A DNA stretch of 64,000 nucleotides, taken from contig OX597825.1 of assembly GCA_951406725.2 (NCBI GenBank), positions 64,232,001-64,296,000 on the forward strand. The letters run 5' to 3'. The stretch is from Octopus vulgaris. Its lineage: Eukaryota. Below the pieces are notes generated by a model, which worked only from the letters and a program-made list of their open reading frames with translations, did not search any database and was not told the origin of the DNA. Below, one piece after another: positions 28,056 through 41,880 of the stretch. Within the stretch, counting starts at the first letter, position 1. Every line of letters starts with the position of its first letter. A program made the position numbers and the translations under genes.

Positions 28056-28349
28056 CTATATGTCTTAATGCTTTTTTACCTCCTGAGTCATTACATACGA
28101 TTTACTACCATAAATCAGACAGATGCTTTGCTCGGCTTGTATACTGACCGGAATGAAATATAGCCAGTGATATCGAGATTTTGATGATTAAGTACCTTCT
28201 CACAAATAGTACTAAACTGCATGTGGACACCTGTACCGCACATAATCTTGTATTGTACTTCAGCACCATCTTCGTTAAGTGTCAAACTTTTGTATTACTC
28301 ATAATCTGCCATACACATTCGTAGAAAATATGTGAAAAGCTCTCTCACA

Positions 28350-28794
28350 AAGCCTTCCTTGAAACAGGCTTACTTCTTGTTGCATTCTCAAGTCACAAAT
28401 TAATTATTATCCTTCTTTTGCATGACTATTAAAGACTGTAATAATGCATATCTTATAAACAAGCCTTCCTTGAAACAGGATTACTTCTTGTTGCATTCTC
28501 AAGTCACAAATTAATTATTATCCTTCTTTTGCATGACTATTAAAGACTGTAATAATGCATATCTTATAAACAAGTCTTCCTTGAAACAGGCTTACTTCTT
28601 GTTGCATTCTCAAGTCACAAATAAATTATTATCCTTCTTTTGCAGGACTATTAAAGACTGTAATAATGCATATCTTATAAACAAGTCTTCCTTGAAACAG
28701 GCTTACTTCTTGTTGCATTCTCAAGTCACAAATTGATTATTATCCTTCTTTTGCATGACTATTAAAGACTGTAATAATGCATATCTTATAAACA
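28350..28794. repeat. 111-bp tandem repeat, 4 copies
   Basis: Unit AAG(C/T)CTTCCTTGAAACAGG..GCATATCTTATAAAC starts at 28350, 28461, 28572 and 28683 with few differences. Confidence 0.97.
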
Positions 28795-29469
28795 ATATAT
28801 TTTGGATAGAAATTGTGCAAACAACACTGCATTGTTATTGCACGCGACTTTATCAATCGAAAACTTTATGCATGTCTGTTTTTACGTTGGTATTGTCAAG
28901 CTTGTATCTATTTTGTTCTTTAGCGGAAAATTCAATATTTTCATCTCATTTTCTATGATATATTTACGTACTCCTATGTTTTACGTTAACTTATCTTTAT
29001 ATGATAGTTGTTTACATTATTCAATGTTAGTTTTCTTAAGGGCATATCCCGAAAACGAAACCATATTAGCCACGGTAAATTAAAATAGAGATAATTTTAA
29101 AGCGTAAATTTCTAAATACCATGTGAGATAGACATTCAAACAATCTTGGTAATATTCTCTGACTGAAAAATTGTCGCAAATGAAAATGAACTGAAATGCA
29201 TTTTGGAATATCGGTGGAACACGAGCATGAAAATAATGGGCATATAAATGAAGTAATTAATAGATGACTAAATAAATAATGGTAATAAGAACAACAAAAA
29301 AATAATCATATTAATAATACGACTAATACTAATAGTAACAATAATAGTGTAAATAATATTCATTTTTGTAATTTTAGCGCAAAGTCAGCAATATGAGGTG
29401 AGAAAACAACCTCAGTTTCTTACCGGTGTTTAATGCTATCGGCCGAAGAGTGTTAACGAGATAAGAAAG

Positions 29470-29557
29470 AGAAGAAGAAGAAGAGGAAGAAGGTGGTGAT
29501 GATGATGATGATGATGACGACGACTACGACGACGACGATGATGACGACGACGACGAC

Positions 29558-29631
<74 letters not shown>

Positions 29632-29645
29632 CGATGACGATGATG
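29470..29645. repeat. compound (GAA)/(GAT)/(GAC) microsatellite
   Basis: Direct reading. Confidence 0.95.
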
Positions 29646-31107
29646 GAGGAAAATTATAAAAAGAAGAACTAGAGAAAGGAGAAAAAAGTAGTGCTAAAAA
29701 TAGACGTATGTATAGTCTCCAGGTATTATCTGAGAAGACTAAGATAATATCTGATATTGATGCATCAGTTTCACTATTAAAACGCCTCGTTTCATTCTCT
29801 TGTTTGTTACTAATCAAAGGTACTAAATTCTCAGACGCCGCAGAAAAGAGGAGCATTCTAGAATTTTGAATTTTACCATCCTCAGGCTCCAGAATATAGA
29901 GCGAGAAATATATATTGCATATGCATGATATTTTATCGACTAATTTAAATTGATGATGGAAATTACTTGAATGTTATCAGTGGCTTAATCAGTATCAAGA
30001 TACACCCAATTGTCATTTAAATTTGTGTTCAATTGTATACAAAATTAAAATCTCTTCCAAGACTACGTTGTAGGGTATCACATACATGATAGAAGGTATA
30101 ACGATCCTCAATAGGAAACGTAATTGGAGTAATAACTGCCCACTCCATCACAATACACAAACTGATGACTAAAAACAGAACTAGAGAACGTGAAATAAAT
30201 ACAGGTACAAACAGGGTAGTATACAAATACATATACACACACAAGACACACATACTAAACACATAGAAACATACAGATGGAAACGTAAGTGCGTGCACAG
30301 ATGGGGACACATACCACAAAAGAGAAAATGGAATAGGCATGACAAAATTTTACCCGTGGGATCACAGTATGTGAGAGAAATGAATTTTGATAAAAAGGTA
30401 AGAATTATAATCACCTCTTTTATAAGCACGTGGCATGAAATTTAGGGGGAGAGGTCTAGTCGATTAGATCGACCCCAACGCTCAAATAGAAATTATTTCA
30501 GCGATTCCGAAAGGATGAAAACAAAGTCGATCTATACGGCATTTTGACCAAGACGGTAACGACGGACGATATGTCGCTAAGCAATTTGCCAGTCGTGGCA
30601 ACCATTTTGCCAGCTCGCCGTCTTTAAAATTATGATTATAATAAAACAAAAGGGAAGATCAAATAAATGGCGTGTGTTTTTAATCAGCAAAAGATAGGAG
30701 ACTTTAAGGTTTAGTATCCAAATATTTTGGGGGAATGTAACTTGTAGTGTGTCTGAAGAGCAAGTTGACCGTTAGTGGTTACCAGGTGACATCTGGAATA
30801 GCGTATTGTCGTTGCTGGATGTACGTAAAGAATTCCTCAGTGCACGTTGAGTGTATTCTCAATGATTAATACGGAGGATATACGTAAAGAATTACTCGGT
30901 GCACGTTGGGTGTATTCTAAATGATAGCCGTCCACTCGTGACCGAGGAAGACCACTGCTGATGACCTTCAGGAACATTGTGTGCTCTAGGACTAACTTAT
31001 ATTTTGCATTTGAGGCTCTGTTGGTGGCAAATGAGCGGGGATGCTGGAAATTGCATGGATTTTAGGAAAAGAAAACACAGTCGTATCAGTTGAATGTGAT
31101 TTTATTC

Positions 31108-32887
31108 GAGCCGTGAAAATTGAAAAGAAAGACCGCTTCAGTTATGAATACAAAATCGCGGCAAATGCCAGTAGCAATCCAAAAACCTTCTTTGCCCATG
31201 TCCAGCGGAATTCCCGCTTGAACAACCAGATTGCAACGTTGGTAGACTCAACAGGCGTATCGATTGAGGACCCTTATCAACAGAGTCAATTATTTGCCGA
31301 GGCTTTTTCAACTATTTTCAAACAAGATGATGGTCGTGAACCCCCTCCATTTGATAGATCGGTACCTCCAATGCTTCGATTGATCATCACGCGGGACCAA
31401 GTCAAACGTGTTATTCAAGGCCTCGATGTCAACAAGGGTCACGGCCCTGACGGCATACACCCACGGGTTATCAAAGCGTTGGCTCCGGTCATCTGCGAGC
31501 CCTTAACCCGACTATTCAATATGTCATTGGCGACGGGTGTTATACCTGCAGACTGGAGAACAGCGATAATCTGCCCAATTTTCAAGAAAGGGAGCCGCGA
31601 AGACCCGCTTAACTACCGACCGGTTTCCCTTACATCAATAATCAGCAAGATGTTCGAAACCATCCTTAAGAAAAGTATGATGCTCCCCCTCCTAAACACA
31701 GCCTCGATCACTGATTCCCAACACGGCTTCGTGCCGAAGAGATCATGCTTGACCAACTTACTAGTAATGGAAGAATTGGTGACGCGCATCCTCGATGATA
31801 GTGATGCTGTTGACATCGTTTTATTGGACTTTGCCAAAGCTTTTGACTCGGTAAACCACCGCCTACTACTTGTCAAGCTTCAAGCATATAGTTTCCATCC
31901 GGATATTGTACGATGGGTTGGTGCCTTCCTCTCAGATCGCTCCTTCCAAGTTCAAGTTAATGGTTCGCGGTCCGACGTCTCCAGTGCGAGCAGTGGCGTG
32001 CCTCAAGGTTCAGTGCTTGGGCCCTTGTTGTTCTTAGTCTTCATAAATGACTTGCCTGACGACCTCACGCAACACACCCTTCTATTTGCCGACGATATCA
32101 AACTGGTCGCTCCTCGCGGTAGTATAGAGGATCTTCGTCGATGCCTCCACCAAATTTGGAAGTGGTCTAACGATTGGGACCTGTGTCTGAACGTGTCAAA
32201 GTGCTGTCATCTGCCTGTCAGCTCTACTCCTGCAACTCAACTTGATTTCGAGCCGGGTCGTCTGCTGCTGGAGAGGACCGATCAGGTAAAGGACCTGGGT
32301 ATCTTGGTGGATTCCTCCTTTTCGCCTTCGGCCCAGTGCGTCCATGCTGCCAACAAAGCGCGCGGAATTCTGTTTTTGATTCGACGGTCATTCGGAATGC
32401 TCACAGCAGCCATATTCCTGCCACTCTATGTCACGCTGGTGAGACCCATATTGGAGTATGGGATTCAAGCCTCTTCTCCTTATCTCCTCAAAGACATACA
32501 GCACCTCGAAAGAGTCCAGAGGCTGGCTACCCGCATGGTTCATGGTCTAAAAAATTTGCCCTACGAAGAAAGGCTGAGGACGCTCGACCTTTATTCTCTT
32601 GAAAAAACGCCGCCGCCGTGGTGATCTCATTCTCGCCCACAACATCATAAGCGGGTAGTGTAACCTCTCGAAAGAGCTGTTCTTCACTCCTGCTCCGGAG
32701 CGTCGGCTGCGGGGTCATTCCGAAAAGCTCTACCTGCGACGATTTCATCTCAATCGAAGGAGAGGAGCTTTCTCCGTCCGGGTTGCGGATCCGTGGAACA
32801 AGCTGCCAGACGAGATGGTGAATATGCCGACGACCGCTTTGTTCAAAGCCTCCCTGGACCTCAAGTGGCCTGAACTCTTTACATGAA
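31108..32887 (+). pseudogene. LINE ORF2 reverse transcriptase (no endonuclease domain, one frameshift)
   Basis: ORF 31041-32624 is open for about 500 codons; its first ~22 codons come from flanking DNA; the shifted frame ends at TGA 32885-32887. Confidence 0.9.
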
Positions 32888-32974
32888 CACCACCCTGTAC
32901 TTAACTCCATGTCCCCCTACATGGCCTTGCTATTTGCTTTTGAGCCAAATTAACTAACTAACTAACTAACTAAC
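31108..32974 (+). mobile_element. CR1-type LINE, 5'-truncated, young
   Basis: RT motifs NYRPVSLTS, QHGF..RSCLTNL, LDFAKAFDSV, SGVPQGSVLGPLLF, FADD; C-terminus RRRGDLI..RLRGH..FSVRV..WNKLP after a frameshift near 32610; (TAAC)6 tail; GC-rich relative to flanks. Confidence 0.95.
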
Positions 32975-33170
32975 ATATCCCCCTCTCAGATTTACACACT
33001 TATTGCAGCAGTCCTTAAGTTTTCTAAGCTCTGTAAACGAATTTGGAAATATGGGTCTCTAACAAGGCATTTCGAAATATTTTTAAAGCCAGGACTTTTC
33101 GGGACCACCACGTACATAAGTCTAACTCATTATAGTGTGTCGCATTTTATATTTATAAAGCTACATGCAC

Positions 33171-33218
<48 letters not shown>

Positions 33219-35583
33219 GCGTGTGTGAGCTTCAATAAGAAAGTTTTCTTTGGGAGATCGTACAGATAATGTAAATGAACATTTCAAACTAATATTAGAA
33301 TAGTAAAGCTAGTGGTATCACACTACATTATTACACACTGATAAATTATGTTGATACGCTGTGCATGATAACCTACAGATAGTGAAGTTATATAGTATAT
33401 ATCTAAATTATTTGTACAGATATATTTGTACGTCTACGTATATTTGCTACTATCAGCATCAGTTTATATCTGAAGCCATATTCTTATGCTTTGATGTGTT
33501 TTGATCGTTTTGTTTTCGTTGTTGCTTATTCTTTACACTTTATTCTTCTTGTAAATTAGAAGTTAATCAAGTGCAGGAAAATTCTATAATAATGTTATAA
33601 TGGATTTATTTTCCTGATCAACCCTAATTCTCTTCCAGCACCAAAGCCAATTATGCTAATACGTTTATCATTCCATTGTTCTTATATGAATACACTTAAC
33701 GACACTTATGTTGAACAGAATATTTATAAAATTGTAATCTGTAATCTCACTGAATATGAGGAACTGAGGTAAAAATTGGAACCTTCAACAACATTTATTA
33801 GAAACCAAAAATCTTAATAATCATACTGTGTAGCATTTAATTTTTTAATTTTTTTTTTTGTCTTTTGTCAGCAAAGTGTTATTTCTTATTTGCTTCCGTC
33901 TAGAAACCAAAGTAAATAACTGCTATTCCTTGCAAATAATGATTTTGTGACCTGAACATCAATGTTTTAAAATTGACCTATTTCCATTACATTTCAGACA
34001 GATTCAGCCTGAGTTGCCGAAGCGGAGATATCGTCATGGCAAATATTCTGCTCAGTTCCACAGAATTACTTGTCCGTTGCTTGACCATAACCACTTTAAC
34101 AGCCTTAGTGGCTGACTATATGGGGGTGCATTATAGTCATATGTTGAGAGGGATCCTTTGAGGTTTGAATACATATAACAAAAGCAAAGTTTGAAGGAAA
34201 TAGCCGTTTCTCATACTTTCTAAAGATAAGAAAACAAGAAACAACAGTTGCTGCACAGCACACAATTCATGTTAGATATTAATTGGTTCACAGAATGACT
34301 CATACAAAAGAATGTTAGTTGCATCGGTAAATATAGATGTTTACTACACTCAAAGCTTAAAATAAGCTTTTGAAATATTTTTTTCATGAAACTGAGTTTT
34401 ACAAATTGGAAAACAATTATAAACAGCGAGCAAGTTTACCAGTGCGAAACAATTTTGGTTACACTATGAAGTTACACGCATTACAGTGAAAATTTTACAG
34501 GTTTCAGTTATCTCAGTTTATGATATCAAAGCCATAAAAAGGTGAAAGACAATATTTGTTTTATTGTTATTGATGAGTTTTTTATTTCCAATTAGCCGCA
34601 GGTCAGTCCTAAGGAATATGCCTCCATAAAAGGTATTCCAACTGTAACTATCTAATATGCACTGGTTTCTGCAGGATTTGGCCGCTATTTCTAGCTGGTC
34701 AAATGCTCAGGAAAAGACAATTACCTTTACTCTCCATTGTTGTTAATATTTAAAGATTTTTTTTTTCAGTTGCTCTAGCAAGCCTTTGCTGACAAATAAT
34801 CTAACAATTTTATGGTCGCTTCACTTGTGTTTATTTTATTTCGATTCTACTGAATTTTTTAAGGCAGAATGTCATCAACGAAAAGCGTATTAAATGTGCT
34901 CTTCCTTTTTTATTTAAGACTACACTACTAATTCGAAGGTGAATTGTCTGCTGTTTCCCCCTTCTCTAGGAAATGGAAATATCATATTCTTCTCCAAATA
35001 GACTCAGCTGTTTTATGTTTCTGGTTCATAAAAGCGACTGGTATTCTTCGGTCATTGAAGCACATACGGTTATTAGTCAATACACTATCATCTATAAATC
35101 AGTCGTTATGTTGCAATTCTTAGTTGTTTATTGCCCACCAGGGGCTAAACATATAGGGAAGAAACAAGGACAGACAAATGGATTAAGTCGACCACATCTA
35201 CCCCAGTGCGTAACTGGTACTTAATTTATCGACCCCGATAAATTACTCAGAACGTAACAGCAGACGAAATACGGCTACGCATTTCGCCTGGCGTGCTAAC
35301 GTTTCTACCAGCTCGCCGCCTTTTATGTTACAAGTCTGCATTGCCGTATACCATCCGATAGTTCGAACCTCATGGAGTTTAACTTTGTACTTCATTCCTC
35401 CGTGGTCGATAAAAGGAAATATAGTTCAAGTAGTGGATTCGATACCATTGAAATTCCTTCCCCATTAAATTACCGACATTTTTCATAAATTTGAAATAAA
35501 TACAAACTGTGTGATTAATGAATGACGTTTTTGGTTTGGTGTCCTGAATTTACGGTCTATATCTGATCGCTTCCATAAAATAT

Positions 35584-35996
35584 TCTTTTATACTCAAGAC
35601 ACAAGGCCCGAAATGTTGGGGGAGGGGCCAGTCGATTAGGTCTACCTCAGTACGTGACTGGTACTAAATTTATCGAGCCCAAAAGGATGAAAGGTGGAAT
35701 TTGAAATCAGAACATAAAGATAGACGTAATTCCGCTAAGTATATCACCGGCGAGGAAACGTTTCTTATTTCTTTATTGCCCACAAGGGGCTAAACACAGA
35801 GGGGACAAACAAGGACAGACAAAGGGATTAAGCCAATTACATCGACCCCAGTGCGTAACTGGTACTTAATTTATTGACTCCGAAAGGATGAATGGCAAAG
35901 TCGATCTCGGCGGAATTTGGACTCAGAACGTAAAAACAGACGAAATTCCGCTAAGCATTTCCCCTGCGAGCTAACGTTTCTGCCAGCTCACAGCCT
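35584..35996 (-). mobile_element. dimeric family C SINE
   Basis: Two family C units with different tails bounded by the 17-bp direct repeat TCGCTTCCATAAAATAT (35567-35583, 35997-36013). Confidence 0.88.
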
Positions 35997-36992
35997 TCGC
36001 TTCCATAAAATATATCATTCATAATACACTGATTTATTTATTCCTATCATGCCCACTGTTAGCATAACATAGTAACATATTACGGACAAGTAAATACTGT
36101 ATATAGTTTGATCTGTTCAAATATTTTTCCGGGTTGTTGATTAGACATACATCTATAACGTCCCTGTGCATTAAGGGACATAGAAAATTGCAATCGTGAG
36201 GTAACTGGTGGATTGAGAGAGATTGCCTTCTATTTCTGGCTTTAGAATAAGTTCTATAGGTTCATTTATTGCCTTATTAAATGTCAAATTTATTGTATAG
36301 AAAATCGAATAACGAATATCAGATTATAAAATAACAATATACAAATCAAACGGGTAAAATTTATTACATTAGAACGATCTAATCTGGATACACTTGAACA
36401 TGGCAAGGGTCATACGAGTCTCTTCTCGTTAACAATGCTAACAGAAATTTGCAAAATACAGTGTTGCTGGTGAGGTTTAATGGTCAGTAAATAGGGTTTC
36501 TTAGTGTACATTAGTGGTAGAAGAGTACAAAATCAACTATATGTATATATCTTTCTTAAGACTATGGTGCTTTTCACTATTAAAATCGTTATCATTTCTT
36601 ATATAAATATATCACACAACACATAAATAAATCATTTTATTCCTGCAAAGATACACACAGAACGTATGTATATATGTAGGTATATGTATGCCTCTGTATA
36701 TGTCTGTGTATATATAATTTTATTCATGTATGTATATATTTGTATTTATGTACGTATTTAAGTATGTAGAGGACACCACTAACGACCATAAGTTTTATGA
36801 ACATTTTATCATTTGTATAAAGTAAAATATCATCATTAAATGTGTATGTTCTTTATTCAACTTAGCTTAACACAGAAGAGACTGTCTCACCTATACCTCC
36901 TATTACTGTAAATTCAGCTGGATAACTCGACGTATATATGTATATATGATTATATGTATATATGTATATATATAAAAATTTATTATATATAA

Positions 36993-37257
<265 letters not shown>

Positions 37258-38205
37258 TGTGCGTGCGATGTGTCAGTATCTGACTTTATGTATTCACATA
37301 GCAACAGGTTAGGTGTTTCTACTACCAAATTTATGTATGTATATATATATATTATACATACATACACACATACACATACGCATACATACACATACACACA
37401 CGCACACACACACAAACCAAGTATACGTGCACTAGGAATGTACTATTACGATGCTCGGTAAAAGGAGAGATTGAAGTTTTGAGTATAGCCTTTTCGACGA
37501 CAAGGAGATAGGAGAAAGACCAATGAAGGAAACGAAATTACTAAGTACGCGAGTGTGGTTACAGTGCTGAAGAGGCCAGAAGCTGAATAAGATAAGTGGG
37601 GGTTTTTTGGCGACAAGAAGAGTGCGTAGATGGTCAGTATGTGTGGGTATGACTGTGGATGTGCCTGTATGTATGTGGTAGTATCTGTGTTCGTGTATTT
37701 TTGTTTGTTTGTATGACTGATAATTGTAATTTATCTATTTGTATATATCTAGATACCTGTATATGTATATATACACATATATCTCTGGTTCAGTCGTATC
37801 TACTTACTTAATTTCCAAAGATACGTAGGTCTTTGTAAAATATTAAATAAATTTTAAACACAATACTAATTTACGTTGCCTGGCAAAGCAGCAATATCAT
37901 TCATTCTATACTGTACTGTTAGTAGTATCGATTGGTTACGTTCGTAATCGTGTCCGAGAAATAAATATTTAAAAGAAAGAAAGAGAATCATATAATCTGT
38001 ATAGTTTATTAACATGAATGTTAAATTCAGTATGCATCATTAACGACAGGTTAACGGCAATACAAATCGGAACATGTACACTAGTTCAGATGATTTCCGA
38101 TAGGGAGGCATTCGTGCTCCTGCCGCGAGCTTTTCTAATGTGTTCACATCGACAATGCTGTAAAATTTTGTACAATTAGTTTTTTGTGAGTTTCATTTTA
38201 GCCCC

Positions 38206-38340
38206 ATGGCTCCGAAGAAGAATCCTAGCGAAAGTGATAAGCGTAAAGCTATACTGTTGGAAGATAAAGTGGATATGACAAAATTATATGAAATGGGTGA
38301 GTAAATTGTAGCCATTGCACGATCGTTTGGGATGAGTCGT
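38206..38340 (+). pseudogene. Tigger/pogo transposase N-terminal HTH relic
   Basis: MAPKKNPSESDKRKAILLEDKVDMTKLYEMGE*IVAIARSFGMSR resembles the CENP-B/Tigger N-terminal helix-turn-helix. Confidence 0.7.
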
Positions 38341-38699
38341 CTTCATTGGTTTTGTGATGCAAATTTTGAAAACCAAAATTACATTTTTCTCGTGGATGCA
38401 CCGTTTCCGAGCCTTTTTTGAGCTAAACACAAATTCATAAACACATTCACTCGTTTCCGAACCATAGGCACAAACACATAATATTTCCCATGCCTACCCA
38501 CTGGACAGGATGTAATCCGTTTCAGGATTACTCGTTTTGGCTTTCTGAATGGACTTGAGCAACGTAGATTCACATGTTTTACTCAAAATCGCAGCGCATC
38601 GCTCGACTTCGTAATTGAAATCATAATCTCACGATAATGAGTGCAACATTGTTACCACTAAGCTACACACCCACTTGCACATACACACGCAAACACACA

Positions 38700-38772
<73 letters not shown>

Positions 38773-39027
38773 CAGTTGCGGCCAAAATGTTCAGAACGGC
38801 ATTGTTTTCGTCAGATCATTTTGGCTGCCATGGTTTTTGCAGTAAATCACTAAATCATCCATAACTTTTGTATTATCCTCTCAAATTACACCAAGATCTC
38901 AGGCATTAACAAGTAATATCATATTTATTGTCTGTGAAAATTATAGAATACAAAACAACTTTGATAAAAAATTATATCTACTTTTCTGACGAAAACAATG
39001 CCGTTCTGAACATTTTGGCCGCCATTG
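38773..39027. mobile_element. Tc1/mariner-type MITE
   Basis: 43-bp TIRs CAGTTGCGGCCAAAATGTTCAGAACGGCATTGTTTTCGTCAGA / TCTGACGAAAACAATGCCGTTCTGAACATTTTGGCCGCCATTG, within (TA)n. Confidence 0.92.
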
Positions 39028-40259
39028 TATATATATATATATGTATATATGCATGTGTGTGTGTGTGTACATATGTTTCCATATTTCTACCTGATATTGC
39101 AATTGTGGCAATATAATGGATTTTGAGGCGATATATCACACCATGGCAGATTAATGAAAACAGAGTGATTATCGCATATCTTTTTTCAAAAATATGTTAA
39201 ACCGATAGAAACAAACCAAAGAGGCAAAGAAAGAAAGCTCATTGTATTGTCTTGCTACAAGCTACTGCATCACATATGCAGACTGATGATTGATATCTGT
39301 ATACACAAAATTGCACAATATATAATTGTAAATTTTTCTATATGGCGGATGTTTCGATGCAAACTGAACAGTACTATACATGATTTTATTGAAACATCAA
39401 TAACGTATCTAGTAGGGACGGAATAACTTTTATGTTATATCTAATTATTTATTTATTAAACACCATCTCAGCAAGCATAGCATTGAACCTGTTTCAGTAT
39501 GGTGAAATAGCCAACAGAATCAAGGCATGTATTTTGCTCAAGCAGACGATTTCTTCGTATTATTTTCACTTTATATTCATTAGCTTGCAATAAAACGTAT
39601 CGTTATGATATGCTGATGGACATATTTTTGTGATTATCGTTTTCATTTTGATTTTGTTCTGCATGTATATTTTTGTAATATTATATATTTTCATTTATTT
39701 TTCTTAATTTTTTTTCAAATTTTTTGTCTTATATATATTTATATTTTAATGTATTATATTATATTTTATGTTCAACAAAGTCCAGTATGAGATAAATGAA
39801 ATCATTATCCGTTTCGGCAAATAAACATTACATTAAACATTTATTAATCTAGAGATAATGAGCTGCAGAAAAATAAGAAAATAAATACAACAAAAAAAAA
39901 TGAAAAAAAAATGGATAAGAATTTCTAAAACGCCCACTTACAGACACGAAGAAATGGGAAACAAGTGATATCAAATCAAAATTTCAGAAACCTTATGGTT
40001 TGTATCATTTTCTCAAAATAACTTCAGGCCTGTCTATCTGAAAAAGATGTTATAAAAATAGCTATCGTTAAGACGATAGCTATTCTATTATTCTCGCTTT
40101 TACACACTGAATCTCCTAAAGGAATACAGAAAATAATATATACGTGTATTTCACGCCCGCATTAAAGGTGGCATGGCCAAATAAATGTATATATTCATGA
40201 ATGGATTCTCAGGAATTTCATATGTTTCACTAGATAATAATAACGTGCGATGGATAATT

Positions 40260-40312
<53 letters not shown>

Positions 40313-40501
40313 GAAGTTTGAAAATGCAATTTTAAAAGATGTTTATTCACTTGACCGGTTTCACTTTTTTAAAAAAGATTGTCAAAAGTAACATGTAAAA
40401 GTTTTGTTGTGTTAGGTACTGGTTGTCACAAAATATTACAATACATATATACATTCTTTGATAATAATAAGAATATGTAAACAGTTTACAGATATATATT
40501 T

Positions 40502-40583
<82 letters not shown>

Positions 40584-40779
40584 CCAAAAATAAGGAAAAT
40601 AGGACAAGATAGAAAATTCTAAAATAATTTTATCATGAAGAACATTTTAGTAACGATTTCAGTCTTAGCAACTTATCAATAGTGAAGCATAAAAATCAAT
40701 CAAAATGTGGAAAAATTAAATGAAGTGCTTTAACAACTATTTCCATAGTTTTCAAATGCACGGGACATCTTCATTTTTG

Positions 40780-40853
<74 letters not shown>

Positions 40854-41109
40854 TTCTTTTACTTTTGTGAAGGCTCGGCAGGTAGGTAGTAGCAAGTCTG
40901 AAGGAATATTTCCACTTCCTACCACCCTAACGTTCTCTCCACTAACTGTAATATCTGTCCACCTACTTACTTTATGCTGTCGATGTGTTCAATGCACAAA
41001 CCACTAACGCCTGTGCTGAAAAAAATTCCGTTTACCACCCATCCTCGCCCTTCTTATGTCACTTTCTGAAAGCCACATCTCTTACGACAATGCTCAATAC
41101 CAACATTCT

Positions 41110-41337
41110 CCTTGTTGTTTACACACCTGTCTTCGTCTTTTATTTTTTTTTGTAAATTCCAACTATATATTTTTTTTTATTTCTCCCTTTTGTCTCTTCT
41201 TGATTCTTTCTATGTCCCTTTCTGTGGAAGAGCGTAGGCTCGAAACGTTAAAAACTTTTTCAATTCCCGAGTGTTATACTAATACATCTGTTTGTTTTCT
41301 GCACCACCTGTCTTCATCTTTTTTTTTTGTCAATTCT

Positions 41338-41342
<5 letters not shown>
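41110..41342 (+). mobile_element. short TA-embedded element with variant hammerhead (41218-41253) and partial tandem copy
   Basis: CTGTGGA-A-GAGCgtagGCTC-GAAACGTT; the 3' segment CACCTGTCTTC..AATTC is repeated at about 41122 and 41305. Confidence 0.8.
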
Positions 41343-41421
<79 letters not shown>

Positions 41422-41499
41422 TCGAGACAGCAATTCACTGCAGATTAGAAAGGAAAATAAATTCAAATCTCAGTTATCATAAATATACTTTTCTGCTCT

Positions 41500-41880
41500 A
41501 TGCACAATGCCCGAAATATTAAGAGAAAAGACGTAGTGTGAGAAAATCCCAGTAGGAAAATCGCAAAATCCTTTGTGATGCAATGAATCATTGCGATCAC
41601 ATGAACTAGGCATCGGAAAGCAGAAGTTCTTGTGGTGAATAATAAAGAAAGATGCGTGACAATAAACACAGCATGTCCTGGTGACAACAGGATCAAAGAG
41701 AAAGAAGAAAACTGAATAGCTCCGACGAATTGAAATTGGAAATACGTACAACTTTCTCGTCAATGAAGAGAGTAGACGAGATACCAATGGTAATTACCGC
41801 ACTTGGACGTACCAGCACTCAGCATGACCAGTAAACATGTGTCACGTTAGTCTGCGGGCTGTGGATAGCTGGCACTTTCA
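41500..41880 (+). pseudogene. R4/Dong-type endonuclease relic
   Basis: Frameshifted ENRKILCD..CVTINTACPGDNRIKEKEE, homologous to 60971-61330. Confidence 0.65.

Noticed and set aside
28350-28794. CRISPR-like array
   Set aside because: Whole units repeat with no unique spacers; eukaryotic context and no cas genes.
30817-30926. Two-copy ~59-bp direct repeat
   Set aside because: Real, but a simple diverged local duplication with no further structure.
30955-30985. CTGATGA-CCTTCAGG-AAC hammerhead candidate
   Set aside because: Lacks GAAA and a stem I/III partner.
31041-31107. ATG start of the 527-aa ORF as a real gene start
   Set aside because: These codons belong to the older flanking repeat (paralog near 27170-27215); the LINE is 5'-truncated and the fusion is probably fortuitous.
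33997-34162. Possible host exon after a TTTCAG acceptor
   Set aside because: No recognisable protein similarity and a weak donor; cannot be supported without RNA-seq.
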